Shown: one piece after another, positions 1-9,363 of the stretch
Layout of the letters: the number at the start of each line of letters is the position of its first letter
Numbering within the stretch: the first letter of the stretch is position 1
DNA from: a virus
Taxonomy: Duplodnaviria; Caudoviricetes
Strand: one strand, 5' to 3'
Length of the DNA: 36,974 nucleotides
Virus record (IMG/VR): IMGVR_UViG_3300030613_000020
Span: 1-36,974 of that record
Translations under genes and position numbers: made by a program
Notes under the pieces: generated by a model
Seen by the model: the letters and a program-made list of their open reading frames with translations, nothing else
What the model was told of the DNA's origin: nothing
The model's database searches: none

Positions 1-254
1 CGTTCAGGATGGCGGACCCGTCTTGGTACTTGGCCATGATCAAACGCCCGTGCCCCTTGATCGGGATCTCATCAATCGTGACCGTGAGCCCAGCTTGAAT
101 ACCGTGCACCATGCCCCTGGGGGCAGACACGATATTGTAATAGTTCGGTGCACTGTAGTAGACCTGAGTCGTGAAGATGATAAACAGACCAAGCACCGTT
201 GCCGGTCGGCCCGTCTCCATCCTGTTGCCGCTACCCACATAGGCTGCATCAACA
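1..254. repeat. Terminal direct repeat, copy 1 (circular assembly overlap)
   Basis: Matches 36721-36974 except at positions 60, 99, 119, 125 and 128. Confidence 0.97.
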
Positions 255-802
255 AAGCCCTGGATATTGAAGAAATTGGCATACTGAGTCGTATCGAACA
301 CACCCCAGCCTGTCATCTCTCCATCTGAACCCAAGATCGTCTGCTTTGCGAGAAGCAATCCAGGTTTTGTGACTGTCGCATCCGTAACGACGCCCGCGTG
401 CGTCGATGCAGCGGCGGCTGCCTCAAGGATTCTCGCATCACCATCAACACGGCAACTCCGCGCAAGCTCGGCCTGGTATCCAGCCTCGTGAGCACGCAAC
501 ACAACGTTGCCTACACCCCAGGGGATAAAAACCGATGACTGACGCGGCGAGCTTGTCATCGTCGCATAATCTTCGGTATTGCCCGTGATGTCCTCATCGC
601 TACCGTCGGTTTTCATTGCCGCAGCTGCAATCGCAGACATCTTGGGTGGATAGACCGTTCCTACACCTATGGGGAACGGCCAATCAACACACATTCCAGC
701 CGCTACAAGTACTGGCGTAGCATATGGCTCGATTTCCGCACCCCATTCTTTTGGGATCCACTTCGCCAGCGTTGTAGTGGTATGAGTTCCACTCCATGCC
801 AT
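1..802 (-). CDS. Major capsid protein, 5' part (277 aa across the circular junction; missing from the ORF track)
   Basis: Manual translation from ATG 802 (RBS AAGGAG): MAWSGTHTTTTLAKWIPKEWGAEIE..., open to position 1 and continuing at 36720 to a stop at 36689. Follows the scaffold gene; the IPxxW N-terminal motif is common in HK97-fold capsid proteins. Confidence 0.85.
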   Translation of the reverse strand, partial: MAWSGTHTTTTLAKWIPKEWGAEIEPYATPVLVAAGMCVDWPFPIGVGTVYPPKMSAIAAAAMKTDGSDEDITGNTEDYATMTSSPRQSSVFIPWGVGNVVLRAHEAGYQAELARSCRVDGDARILEAAAAASTHAGVVTDATVTKPGLLLAKQTILGSDGEMTGWGVFDTTQYANFFNIQGFVDAAYVGSGNRMETGRPATVLGLFIIFTTQVYYSAPNYYNIVSAPRGMVHGIQAGLTVTIDEIPIKGHGRLIMAKYQDGSAILN

Positions 803-819
803 TTGAAATCACTCCTTTG

Positions 820-1425
820 TTACACTAACTCCGCCTGGCCGGATTGAACCATATCCCTTTCTTTGCTGCCAATCCATTTGCCCTGTGCGGAGAGTTCTTC
901 CATGCGCGCTATGGGAACCTGAACGATTCCCGCAGCTCTTGAGGTTGACGGAGTGCCACCAACAGCGATAGGTAAAGGCGTTGCCCCTTCGGCAAGATAT
1001 TTCTTATCTGCGAGCAAAGTCTCAACCATTTCCTTCACCTTATCCTCACTTTCGACTTTGTACTTACCGTCTTGAAGAAGAAAGAGTTTTGCATCGGGAT
1101 CAACTCCGCGCATGAGAAACTCACGTTCGATCATCCCTTCAAGCTTGATTCGCTTCTCGCGTGCATCAAATTCTGCGCGCAATGTTTTCTCTGTCTCTTT
1201 CTTTGCCGCATCTAGCGCCTTCTGGTGTTCTGATTTCTCCGCTTCCTCCCTCGCTTGCTGCTCGCTTTTGAGCCTTGCGAGTTCTGCTCTGTCTTTTTCC
1301 ACATCCCCAAGCTTTGCTTTTTCTTCAGCGCGAACTTTTCCGGCAACCCGGTCGAGATCCTCTTGCGTGAAGGTCTTTCCCTGTGGGTCAGGTTCAACGA
1401 TTTTTTGTTCTGGCTTCTCAGCCAT
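820..1425 (-). CDS. Capsid scaffolding protein
   Basis: KTFTQEDLDR motif followed by a charged coiled coil; directly upstream of the capsid gene. Confidence 0.85.
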   Translation of the reverse strand: MAEKPEQKIVEPDPQGKTFTQEDLDRVAGKVRAEEKAKLGDVEKDRAELARLKSEQQAREEAEKSEHQKALDAAKKETEKTLRAEFDAREKRIKLEGMIEREFLMRGVDPDAKLFLLQDGKYKVESEDKVKEMVETLLADKKYLAEGATPLPIAVGGTPSTSRAAGIVQVPIARMEELSAQGKWIGSKERDMVQSGQAELV

Positions 1426-1444
1426 GGAATCCTCCTATCGAGTA

Positions 1445-1579
1445 TTACGATGCGTGTTTCGCTTTACGCGCCTTCTTGATTTTGGCGAGCGTCCCGTAGA
1501 CGTAAGCCGCCTTGCGCGCTTTGCCCAATCCTAGCTTCTTGGCACTGCGCTTGAGACTACGTTCCACCTTGATTGGCAT
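1445..1579 (-). CDS. Small basic head-module protein, 44 aa (below ORF-track cutoff)
   Basis: MPIKVERSLKRSAKKLGLGKARKAAYVYGTLAKIKKARKAKHAS; fills the gap between neighbouring genes and is very K/R-rich. Confidence 0.65.
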   Translation of the reverse strand: MPIKVERSLKRSAKKLGLGKARKAAYVYGTLAKIKKARKAKHAS

Positions 1580-1581
1580 TG

Positions 1582-1824
1582 TCACATCCCCCTCTCTTTT
1601 CGGTATTCAAAGTCTTCCATCCGAGCTTTCAATAGCTCGTCGTTCTTGCAGTTGCTTCCCGTGCCCCTACAAATCCGGTTCATACGTCTGAGATAGCGCT
1701 CGTCTGATATCGGCTTGCCCGCCCTAAGTTTCTCTTGTGCCTCTTGCACGAGGTCGTGCGCATCCTGTGCCGTGCTACGCTTCAGACCAGACTTGGACGT
1801 TCCACCCTTGATTTTTATTAGCAT
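1582..1824 (-). CDS. Hypothetical protein in head module
   Basis: Tightly packed ORF in the operon. Confidence 0.6.
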   Translation of the reverse strand: MLIKIKGGTSKSGLKRSTAQDAHDLVQEAQEKLRAGKPISDERYLRRMNRICRGTGSNCKNDELLKARMEDFEYRKERGM

Positions 1825-1825
1825 C

Positions 1826-2692
1826 TTAGACTACCATCATTTCGCCAGCTTCTTGCTGTGCGGTTAGAAGCTCCTTCACGTCGCCCCAGCTATCATCCCA
1901 AGGTATGAGCTGACAGCGACAATTTGGATGTCTTGGGGCAAGCCCAAATTCGCTCGCAGCCCACTCATCCTTTGTCATCGGCTCTTGTTGGCTTGCCTCT
2001 GCGCAGATATCTGATTGCCTTTCGTCTGCAACCCCTAGATTCCAGAAACGCTCAATGCCTACATCTTCGTTGAACGCAACCCCGATATCGTTCGTTAGCC
2101 TCGTGCCTTCTGTGCGCACAAGTCTGTTAGCCCACACTTCGGGGTCTGCTACGTCAAGATTAAGCTTTTTGCTTGCTTCAATCAGATTCTCGGCAATGCT
2201 CGGGCCATCAAGCCCCAGGGCGGCCCCACGTGTAATTTCGCTCTGGAGCGTACGCAAATATGTTTCGTTGCGGCCCAAAATCTCATTCCACCATGTCTGA
2301 TAACCCTGGTTCAATAGGGCAGTGTATGCATCCGTCCCCTCAAAGGCCCTGAATGTTGCTACGATATCCTCGGCGCTAAAGCCTGCTATACCCAACATCA
2401 CACGATTGACTGCAAGTCCGCCAATCATTAAATCGGGTATCGTTTGTTGCAACCAATCGGACTGCGCGAAAAGCCCAGTCTCGGATATGCGGCTAATCTG
2501 ATTGACCAGTTCACGCGCCTTGTTCAAGTCGAAATCGCTTACAAGCCCGCGCTGAAGTTTCAGGGCAATGGTGCGCTCCGTGCGGATAAGAATTGTGAGC
2601 AATCGCCGCGCAGATTCATCTTCAATAGTCGATAACCTACGTTTCATGCGTTCAATTGCTATTATGATTTCTTTGCCATTGCCACTAATCAT
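1826..2692 (-). CDS. Minor head / head morphogenesis protein (SPP1 gp7 / Mu gpF-like)
   Basis: RLVRTE and PRHPNCRC motifs; follows the portal gene. Confidence 0.88.
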   Translation of the reverse strand: MISGNGKEIIIAIERMKRRLSTIEDESARRLLTILIRTERTIALKLQRGLVSDFDLNKARELVNQISRISETGLFAQSDWLQQTIPDLMIGGLAVNRVMLGIAGFSAEDIVATFRAFEGTDAYTALLNQGYQTWWNEILGRNETYLRTLQSEITRGAALGLDGPSIAENLIEASKKLNLDVADPEVWANRLVRTEGTRLTNDIGVAFNEDVGIERFWNLGVADERQSDICAEASQQEPMTKDEWAASEFGLAPRHPNCRCQLIPWDDSWGDVKELLTAQQEAGEMMVV

Positions 2693-2694
2693 CC

Positions 2695-4158
2695 TTATTC
2701 CTCTTCACCCGTTGGCACCGCAGCCACAAAGCCCGCTCTCGGAGGTAATAGGCTCCCGCGTATGCGCCTGCTCTCCGCAAAACTCATATCAATCTCTTGC
2801 GCCAGTTTCTTGATCTGATCGTCACTCAAATCCGGGTTGTGCTTTTTCCAGAATTGTTCACGGCTCATAAGCGGTGGAGTGTTGTTTACAAGCGTCAGAT
2901 CATTCATCATTTCGGCGATCTTGTCCTGTGGCAAGAAAGTTTCCGGGAAGTCAGGTATGAACTCCGCCCTTTCACTTATCTTCGGGGTTCCGTAAGTATT
3001 GTGAATTATGCGCGTGATGTTAAACAAGTCACGCTCGCTCTCTATCGCCTGCGTCTTGAGTCTGCCCACAATATCAGAAAGCGGCTTCAGTTCCATCGCA
3101 AGCTGTAGGCCTGAGCTTGCCGTGCCTCCACGAATGGCAGAAATCGGAACAGCGCCAGTCTCGAAAAGTCCCTTGATGAGAAATTCGATTGAACCCTGCA
3201 CTTCGTCAATGGGAGCGTTGGGCTGGAGATAAAGCGCATCACCATCCTCATCAATCTCAATATAGCCGTGCTCCTTGAGTGTCAGCGTGCCGCCCGTTCT
3301 GCCCTTGATGACGAGCGTTGCAAACCCTTGCATAGTCACAAGCACCGTTAGAGCGCTTGTGCGATTGTTTATCTCGGCCTGTATCGTCACTGCATCGCGT
3401 ATGAGAGACAGGCCACTGTACTGCCCAGGCAACGATCTGCCTTTCCAGTGAGCATAGGGAATCGTCTTGTACGGATTCGGCTGCATTACATCAACCGGTT
3501 TTACATCCCCAGCCTTATCACGCACTACAAACCAGCTGGACTTCCCGTCAGCGCTGCTCATAAATTCCGTGAACAAATCCTTTGTGAAAATGTAACCACG
3601 CCGGATTGTTTGCAGTCGCCCATCCGCTGTGAACAACAGCTCGCTTCGATCTTCCATCAGAGCTTCGAGCTGCTCGGCATCGTCACCCTTCGGAATTGGT
3701 AGAATGTTGCGGGAATCCAGCACCGCATATCGCACAGTTTTGAGATCAATATCCCAGTAAGACCGGACGTAATTATCGCCGGTGATTACAGTGTTGGTTG
3801 CGCCGTCGATCATCTTCCGATGTATGTTGTTCACCTTCCAGATGGCTTCAAATACCTTCTGGCCGGCATCGTCATTCTCGATATGTCTTTCTACTGGCGG
3901 GCCGTAAAGTCCGTTGATGATCTGATCCCCCATAGGCGTAGTATAGTTCATACTCACAAAGCGTTGCCGCCGCCTCTCAAAATCTGCGACGCTCTCAGTC
4001 GAATGCCGCACTAATTTGCTTGCAAGATCAGAACCGCCCGCGTAGAACGCAAGATGATTTGCGCATTCCTGCTCATACTGCATACGCTCGTTTGTTCGCG
4101 CATCGCGTAACGAGTCAAGTACATATTCCGCCGTTCGGTTCTCCCACAAACCAGCCAC
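2695..4158 (-). CDS. Portal protein (SPP1 gp6-like)
   Basis: 487 aa after terminase; NPYKTIPY and ASSGLQL motifs; TAG/GTG overlap with terminase. Confidence 0.88.
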   Translation of the reverse strand: MAGLWENRTAEYVLDSLRDARTNERMQYEQECANHLAFYAGGSDLASKLVRHSTESVADFERRRQRFVSMNYTTPMGDQIINGLYGPPVERHIENDDAGQKVFEAIWKVNNIHRKMIDGATNTVITGDNYVRSYWDIDLKTVRYAVLDSRNILPIPKGDDAEQLEALMEDRSELLFTADGRLQTIRRGYIFTKDLFTEFMSSADGKSSWFVVRDKAGDVKPVDVMQPNPYKTIPYAHWKGRSLPGQYSGLSLIRDAVTIQAEINNRTSALTVLVTMQGFATLVIKGRTGGTLTLKEHGYIEIDEDGDALYLQPNAPIDEVQGSIEFLIKGLFETGAVPISAIRGGTASSGLQLAMELKPLSDIVGRLKTQAIESERDLFNITRIIHNTYGTPKISERAEFIPDFPETFLPQDKIAEMMNDLTLVNNTPPLMSREQFWKKHNPDLSDDQIKKLAQEIDMSFAESRRIRGSLLPPRAGFVAAVPTGEEE

Positions 4159-5546
4159 TAGAGCCTTCCTATTGGTGAGAATTGTTGTGCACGAATCAGT
4201 GGCCTACTAACGAAACCCCATGCAGCAAGCATCACGCCTGTAACCATATCGTCATGCAATGCGCCTGGCGCTCCGTACTTCACATGTTTGCTGGGCATAA
4301 TTGTATATTTGTAGACCTTGAGTTCATCTTTTTGTGGTTCATCATTTAGCAATTGGATGCTTCCATCCTCAAGCATTCGCGCAAGATTGTTCACGAGGTT
4401 GGACTTCATCGCATCGGTGAATTTTATGCCCTCTATGCGCAACCCCGCCTTGCGTAGACGTTCCTCTTCGGGATCGCCTACTCCCGTTGAATCCATGAAA
4501 ATCAGGGCATTGTTGTAGCGCTTGGCAAGCTGTGCAATGCGCAGCTCCTGCATACTCCAATCCACTCTCCGGTAGCGTTCAACCCACACCTGTCTTATCG
4601 CTTGCCCGTCACGCGGGATTTCAAATACAGTTGCATCTGTGAAATCTTGTAGCCTAGCGAGGTCAAGCCCCATCACATACTCACAACCAGTTTTCGGAGC
4701 CGTTGGCAGGAGATTGCTTCGTGCATCGACATATCTGAAGATCGCTGTATCCCCGCCTTGTTTGCATTGGCATTCATGCTCAACTGCAAAGCGGTCTCGT
4801 AGCTTGTCACGCTTGTCCTTCTCCCATGCCTCATCATGCGTGGGGTTTACTCGCCAATCGCGCTCAAAGTATTTGAACCCGTTTTCGCCGCGCTTTGCTT
4901 CACGGCAAATGCGATCAAATAAACTACCCTCAATGCCTGGGGTACTTTCAATCCTAGTTGTAGCCTCGGCTACTTGAGCGCCGGTTACTGATGCCCAGTA
5001 ATCATCTTCGCTTGGCCAGAACTCCATCTCTGTGCAGATGAGTCGCTTGCATCTTTCGCTTCTACCCGCGCTTGATTTCTGTGCAGATACTGGACGGCTT
5101 AGAGCCTTAATCCCAAAATCAAACGGCGCGGGCAACTTCAACTCGGTCTCGTTGTCTTTCAAAAATTCATAGATATTTAAGTCCAAGCCAACAATGAACT
5201 GCCTTGCAATCGAAAGCAGATTGATCGCGTTGTCCTCCTTGTCCGCCGCTATGAGAATGTCACCGCCGTCCCACAATGAAAATGTCATATCGACACACAC
5301 GGTTATTGCAGAACTTCCGATCTCTCTGCTTTTCTTGTTGATAGTATTCGGATAAAGTCTTGCGAGTTGAGCATACTCACGCTGCCACGGCCACAAGATA
5401 AACGGCACAATACCCTGGCTCTGAGTTCTGATCGTTCCGAAAGTCTCGATAAACTTTTCGGGATCAGTCAGTGAGCGGGGCCAGCCTTCGCTCTGCACGG
5501 TATTGCCTAACAGCCTCTCTGAATCCGATGTTTGTGTTTGTAACAC
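4158..5546 (-). CDS. terL: Terminase large subunit
   Basis: Walker A-like KSREIGSS, Walker B-like LICTE, RNase H-fold motifs GLDLA..DFT, DSTGVG and HDD. Confidence 0.93.
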   Translation of the reverse strand: MLQTQTSDSERLLGNTVQSEGWPRSLTDPEKFIETFGTIRTQSQGIVPFILWPWQREYAQLARLYPNTINKKSREIGSSAITVCVDMTFSLWDGGDILIAADKEDNAINLLSIARQFIVGLDLNIYEFLKDNETELKLPAPFDFGIKALSRPVSAQKSSAGRSERCKRLICTEMEFWPSEDDYWASVTGAQVAEATTRIESTPGIEGSLFDRICREAKRGENGFKYFERDWRVNPTHDEAWEKDKRDKLRDRFAVEHECQCKQGGDTAIFRYVDARSNLLPTAPKTGCEYVMGLDLARLQDFTDATVFEIPRDGQAIRQVWVERYRRVDWSMQELRIAQLAKRYNNALIFMDSTGVGDPEEERLRKAGLRIEGIKFTDAMKSNLVNNLARMLEDGSIQLLNDEPQKDELKVYKYTIMPSKHVKYGAPGALHDDMVTGVMLAAWGFVSRPLIRAQQFSPIGRL

Positions 5547-6000
5547 CTGTCACCTGTGAGATGTTGATGCCATCTTTCGGGAATGCCCCAGCTGCCTTGA
5601 AAATCGAGTTAACCATTTTGCATTTGCTTTCTTCTTCGCCATAATCGAGGAGCAACTCTGCCATTCCGATTGCCTTTGTGAACAGCGCCCGCACATAAGC
5701 CATTTGACGTTTGAGAAGTTCAGACGCCCACCAAGATTCTTGCTGCCAACGCCATGCTGTCACGTATGAAATCCCGACCTCGGCAGCCTTAACTTCTTTG
5801 TCGCGTTTATCTAGCGGATTTGCAAATAGTTCAACTAGGTGCCGTTGCTTCGCGGTTATGAATGTGGGCTTACGTGGGGTTACGGCTTTATTGCCAGCGG
5901 AGCGCGAGGAGACAAGATCGCTTTGTAGGTTTGATGAGGCCCCTGTGTCTGGAAGCATCTGCTTGCTCGCGCTCTTGCTGGCCAAAAGAAAAGACTCCAT
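5464..6000 (-). CDS. terS: Terminase small subunit (HTH)
   Basis: HTH-like AAEVGISYVTAWRW, RBS GGAGG, overlaps the terL start. Confidence 0.75.
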   Translation of the reverse strand: MESFLLASKSASKQMLPDTGASSNLQSDLVSSRSAGNKAVTPRKPTFITAKQRHLVELFANPLDKRDKEVKAAEVGISYVTAWRWQQESWWASELLKRQMAYVRALFTKAIGMAELLLDYGEEESKCKMVNSIFKAAGAFPKDGINISQVTGVTNTNIGFREAVRQYRAERRLAPLTD

Positions 6001-6059
6001 AGGTTTGCCTCCAAACCCAGAAGTCTCATCACATCTACAAATGCACTATGCTCAGGAAT

Positions 6060-6075
6060 CTGTCAAGTCTTTTTT
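6060..6075 (-). promoter_or_regulatory. A-tract plus TTGACA -35 element upstream of terS (candidate late promoter, no good -10)
   Basis: AAAAAAGACTTGACAG, identical to the 16-mer at 19075-19090. Confidence 0.4.
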
Positions 6076-6356
6076 CCCCAGTTTGATAGCTCGCGTAGAA
6101 ATCCGATAGGGCAATATCCATCAGGAACAGCCTGGCCGTAGCAGATGAGGCACGCCCGCTTCGCGCAACTTTTCATGCGCTTTTGTATCTGACCGATAGG
6201 TAAACAATGCGTCGTGTGCTTACAAGTTCCACAGCTCGTGGGCTTGTTATCTGGCGTTGCCGGTTCCCAGCATTTGATACGATCAGGGATTTTCACGTGG
6301 TTGCTTCCTGGCCTTTTTTGTTTTTGACTGCACAGCTTTCTAGTCAAGTTTTGCAT
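6063..6356 (-). CDS. Cys-rich hypothetical protein
   Basis: Several CxxC motifs; operon context. Confidence 0.55.
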   Translation of the reverse strand: MQNLTRKLCSQKQKRPGSNHVKIPDRIKCWEPATPDNKPTSCGTCKHTTHCLPIGQIQKRMKSCAKRACLICYGQAVPDGYCPIGFLRELSNWGKKT

Positions 6357-6567
6357 TATCCGATTCCTTTTCTTTTTTTCGTTTTTGAATCACCCACTTG
6401 AGTTCGGTTCTTAATGCTTTGCGATATGCATTCCGAGCCTTTTTATCGGGGTGAAGCCAGAATTGCACGTTCACAGGAACCCATGAATAATAGTCTTTAG
6501 TGTAACAAAATAATACAAACGCTGTTGGTCCAACCCCCCCCCCACAGAGTTCAAACTTAACTGGCAT
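6340..6567 (-). CDS. Hypothetical protein
   Basis: Overlaps both neighbours; contains a G10 tract at 6534-6543. Confidence 0.5.
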   Translation of the reverse strand: MPVKFELCGGGVGPTAFVLFCYTKDYYSWVPVNVQFWLHPDKKARNAYRKALRTELKWVIQKRKKEKESDNAKLD

Positions 6568-6688
6568 TGTTCTTTCTCCTCAGTTTCCTCGCCGTCCACA
6601 CAATTCCATAGCCGGTTACAATCATCACGTAGAGCAATGCTGTGATGAGGCAAATCTCATCAATTGCGTGCCATGCTTCTGCGTTCAT
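6557..6688 (-). CDS. Small membrane protein, 43 aa
   Basis: MNAEAWHAIDEICLITALLYVMIVTGYGIVWTARKLRRKNNAS; ATGA coupling to the upstream stop. Confidence 0.55.
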   Translation of the reverse strand: MNAEAWHAIDEICLITALLYVMIVTGYGIVWTARKLRRKNNAS

Positions 6689-6891
6689 ATCCTATCGCCT
6701 TTATGTGTTCGTCTACCTACGCCAAAGCACCGGAGCATTGCGAGCCGCGATTCCTCGTCTGCCAACTCGCGTCTCAGTCGAGCGATCTCTAAGCGCAAAT
6801 CTGAATCGCTTCCGATCTTGAAAATTCCAATCCAGCAAAGCAGAAAACCCATACCGAGAAAGAAGCATAATGCTCGCCATATCCATTCCAT
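6685..6891 (-). CDS. Small membrane-anchored coiled-coil protein
   Basis: N-terminal hydrophobic helix; abuts the upstream stop. Confidence 0.55.
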   Translation of the reverse strand: MEWIWRALCFFLGMGFLLCWIGIFKIGSDSDLRLEIARLRRELADEESRLAMLRCFGVGRRTHKGDRI

Positions 6892-7359
6892 CTAGGTCTC
6901 CTTTGCCTGCAATTCTCCTTGCAGTTTTTGAATCATCGCCGTAAGTTCAAATTGCGTAGTTCCTGCTTTTGCTTCAGGTTGCGAATCGTAAGGGGATATC
7001 ACGGGAGACAATGTACCCCCCACGACGCATGAGCATCTAAATGCTTCAGTCGTCAATTTCCCCAGTACCATCTTCGGGCCTACCAGTAAGCCTCCTGAGT
7101 ACTCGGGTATCTCCTGCACGTTGAAAGCCTCTTGTTCCGCGTCCGTTGCCCTTCTCGTGTGTGTGAAGCGTGCGTAACATCTCAAGCACACTATCGCATG
7201 CGGCCCGAGCTGCTCTACGACTCCGAGCTTCCCAATTATCTTCGTCTGTTCGCTCTCTGTGCTCCCCAGTACTTTGCCCTTCACTATTACCAGGTCCCAC
7301 TTCTTTTTGAGATCGGCTGCGAGCCGCTTCGTTTGCTCTGGTCTGGATTGCGATTGCAC
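6892..7359 (-). CDS. Hypothetical protein (CxxC...CxC) downstream of replication genes
   Basis: ORF track; possible Zn-binding motif. Confidence 0.5.
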   Translation of the reverse strand: MQSQSRPEQTKRLAADLKKKWDLVIVKGKVLGSTESEQTKIIGKLGVVEQLGPHAIVCLRCYARFTHTRRATDAEQEAFNVQEIPEYSGGLLVGPKMVLGKLTTEAFRCSCVVGGTLSPVISPYDSQPEAKAGTTQFELTAMIQKLQGELQAKET

Positions 7360-7591
7360 GTTGTTTCTCCCTTTCTTTCAGTTCACATTCCCAAGCGTAG
7401 CTTCTGATCTCCGCTATGCTTGGAAAAAACTGGCTCCATTTGATTATGTCAGCAATGGCAGCCTCAGCATACTGATATTCTAGGTCAGCAATGTTCTCCG
7501 CGTATGCCCCTACGGTTTCCTTACTTATCTTTTCCCGCGGATAGCATGCCGAAAGTTTCGCTAGTAAATGCAGGGCTTCTTTTAACAGCAT
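7046..7591 (-). CDS. Replicative helicase loader/inhibitor-like protein (SPP1 G39P-like N-terminus)
   Basis: LSACYP...IADL....AEAAI...FFPSIAEIR pattern, directly after the initiator. Start refined to ATG 7591; the C-terminal half overlaps the next ORF. Confidence 0.7.
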   Translation of the reverse strand: MLLKEALHLLAKLSACYPREKISKETVGAYAENIADLEYQYAEAAIADIIKWSQFFPSIAEIRSYAWECELKEREKQRAIAIQTRANEAARSRSQKEVGPGNSEGQSTGEHRERTDEDNWEARSRRAARAACDSVLEMLRTLHTHEKGNGRGTRGFQRAGDTRVLRRLTGRPEDGTGEIDD

Positions 7592-8513
7592 CTTGTTTCT
7601 CCTTGAGTTCCTTGACGAATTCGCGGATACCAGCCCAGCCTTTTGGTTCATTCTCTATCGGCGGTAGCTGGAGTTTATTAGCACACGCGTAAAGGACACC
7701 GATTGTGTAGCCGGACTGCTTGATAAACGGATCATCAATCGTAAACAGGGCATCGTCTATGGCCTTGACTCCATCTTCGTCAAAGGTCTGTAGCAACTTG
7801 CCCAAGAGCTTCCCTTCCTTTGCTCCGTTCACGACATATCGTTTACCCGGGAAATGCTTCCCGAAGTTTTCGAAGTGGTAGTCGATAAGAATCTTGATTC
7901 GAGGATCAGCGACGCGAGGCGGTTTTTTCGCCGATGCGTCAAGAGTAGGAGTCTGGAGTCTGGAGTCGGTGTCAGGAGTAGGAGTAGGAGTAGGAGTAGG
8001 AGTATGCGCGCGCGCGCGAGGGTCACGCTCTAGTAACGGGTCTGTCACGTCTGTGTCACGCGCCCTATGTTTTCGTTGCCGATTTCGCTCGTTGATCTTT
8101 TGCTCTATCGGACGCATTCCCTTGAGTTTGTGCTGATTCCATCCGACAATCCTAACTCGGCCTCTCTGTTCGTAGATTCTTTTTCGTTTCTTTTGAGTTT
8201 CGAGAAGTCTGTTAAAAGTTTCACACCACCCATTATAAAGTACGCCAAATTGTGCGAAAAACTCTTCGCGAAGACTCAAAAGCGATATGCTTCCATCGTG
8301 TCCAAGCTCCGCAGTTCGGTCATAAAGCCAGTACCAAAAAGCCAGATTGAAAAGCTGTTCTTGCATACCATCAATCCCTGGCAATTCTGGTGAAGCCTTA
8401 AACTCAGGCCGGAGACTCCAGCCCGTCATCGCGAACCAGTATTCTCTGTGGTCAGCTCCCATTGTTGCAACTCCGGCTAATCGGCAGAAAACGAAAAAGT
8501 CACTAGGTGTCAC
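7521..8513 (-). CDS. Phage replication initiator protein
   Basis: IVGWNQH..., ERNRQRKHR, DVTD and a (TP)n linker typical of phage replisome organisers; precedes the loader-like gene. Confidence 0.7.
   Translation of the reverse strand: MTPSDFFVFCRLAGVATMGADHREYWFAMTGWSLRPEFKASPELPGIDGMQEQLFNLAFWYWLYDRTAELGHDGSISLLSLREEFFAQFGVLYNGWCETFNRLLETQKKRKRIYEQRGRVRIVGWNQHKLKGMRPIEQKINERNRQRKHRARDTDVTDPLLERDPRARAHTPTPTPTPTPDTDSRLQTPTLDASAKKPPRVADPRIKILIDYHFENFGKHFPGKRYVVNGAKEGKLLGKLLQTFDEDGVKAIDDALFTIDDPFIKQSGYTIGVLYACANKLQLPPIENEPKGWAGIREFVKELKEKQDAVKRSPAFTSETFGMLSAGKDK
7944..8062. repeat. Hexamer (GGAGTA/GGAGTC) repeats, a (CG)n run and three GTCACG copies inside the initiator gene; candidate origin
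   Basis: Repeats are directly visible. Lambdoid-type origins lie within the initiator gene, so the origin call is an inference. Confidence 0.55.
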
Positions 8514-8581
8514 GGCGTCGTGAAAGGAACCCAGCGACTTTTCGTCTCTGCCTTAAATCTATAATTGTGAATATACGCCAT
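8510..8581 (-). CDS. 23-aa leader ORF coupled to the initiator gene
   Basis: RBS AAGGGG, MAYIHNYRFKAETKSRWVPFTTP*, with its TGA overlapping the initiator GTG (GTGA). Confidence 0.5.
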   Translation of the reverse strand: MAYIHNYRFKAETKSRWVPFTTP

Positions 8582-8601
8582 GACTTTCCCCTTTCGCTGC
8601 C

Positions 8602-8630
8602 AGATTATTCCAACCCTCGCGGCGTGTCAA
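8602..8630 (-). promoter_or_regulatory. Sigma70-type promoter for the replication genes
   Basis: TTGACA-N17-TAATCT followed by an RBS and ATG. Confidence 0.75.
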
Positions 8631-9363
8631 GAAGATTTTGCCGGCCCTGTTGCTCCTGGGGCTCGTGGTGAAGCTGATTTGAGCAATTCCCATGCGAGTG
8701 CAGCCACTGCCGGAACTTGTCCTTGTCCAAGCACTCTAATTTGCTCCAGCCAATGGGCCATCCCATGAACCACTCTAGCCATCTCGGGTTCGGACTTCCA
8801 CCAAGAGCACGCGCGAGACTTCGCATCTGACAACTCCGGAAGTTCCCGCGTGCGTCTCGTGTCAGTAATGTTGGCCACAATCCACAACCTATCTCTCTTG
8901 TGCGGCGCTCCCACTTCGGCTGCCGATAACACACGCCAGCGAGCATCATACCCGCTCTCGGCCAGCTCCCTGAGTATCGTCCCAAAGTAGCCATGAGATT
9001 TGGCAAGCAGCCCTGGGACGTTTTCCAGAAAACAGAATCGGGGTTTGATTTCTCTAATAATGCGAATGATGTCAGGCCATAGGTTTCGCTCGTCTGTATC
9101 TGCTCTTCGCTTTCCTGCGACGCTGAAGGGCTGGCAAGGGAATCCCGCACTGATGATATCCACAGCTCCACGCCACGGTTTGCCATCAAAGGTTCGGGCA
9201 TCGTCCCATATCGGCGCGTCATCAAGGAATCCATCTTTGATTCTTGCCTTGATGACTTTGACGCAATAGGCATCGTTTTCGACATAGCAGACAGTTCTCC
9301 ATCCGAGCAGCCACTTGCTTGCGAGGAGTCCACCACCTGCTCCGGCAAATAAACCCAACTCAT
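8605..9363 (-). CDS. C5 DNA methyltransferase beta-type subunit (TRD/motif IX) in an alternative frame
   Basis: 252 open codons overlapping the alpha ORF; LWPT and NPRWLEWFMGWPIGWS (motif IX-like); ATGA-coupled to the upstream gene. Confidence 0.7.
   Translation of the reverse strand: MSWVYLPEQVVDSSQASGCSDGELSAMSKTMPIASKSSRQESKMDSLMTRRYGTMPEPLMANRGVELWISSVRDSLASPSASQESEEQIQTSETYGLTSFALLEKSNPDSVFWKTSQGCLPNLMATLGRYSGSWPRAGMMLAGVCYRQPKWERRTREIGCGLWPTLLTRDARGNFRSCQMRSLARALGGSPNPRWLEWFMGWPIGWSKLECLDKDKFRQWLHSHGNCSNQLHHEPQEQQGRQNLLDTPRGLE

Noticed and set aside
1-254. Diversity-generating retroelement TR/VR pair
   Set aside because: No reverse transcriptase gene; mismatches are not adenine-specific in one direction; the copies sit at the contig ends.
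2695-5546. Stop-codon reassignment
   Set aside because: Core genes are full length in the standard code, and TAG, TGA and TAA all end genes at coupled junctions.
6534-6543. G10 tract as a phase-variation switch
   Set aside because: A single homopolymer in a small hypothetical gene; no evidence of variation without reads.
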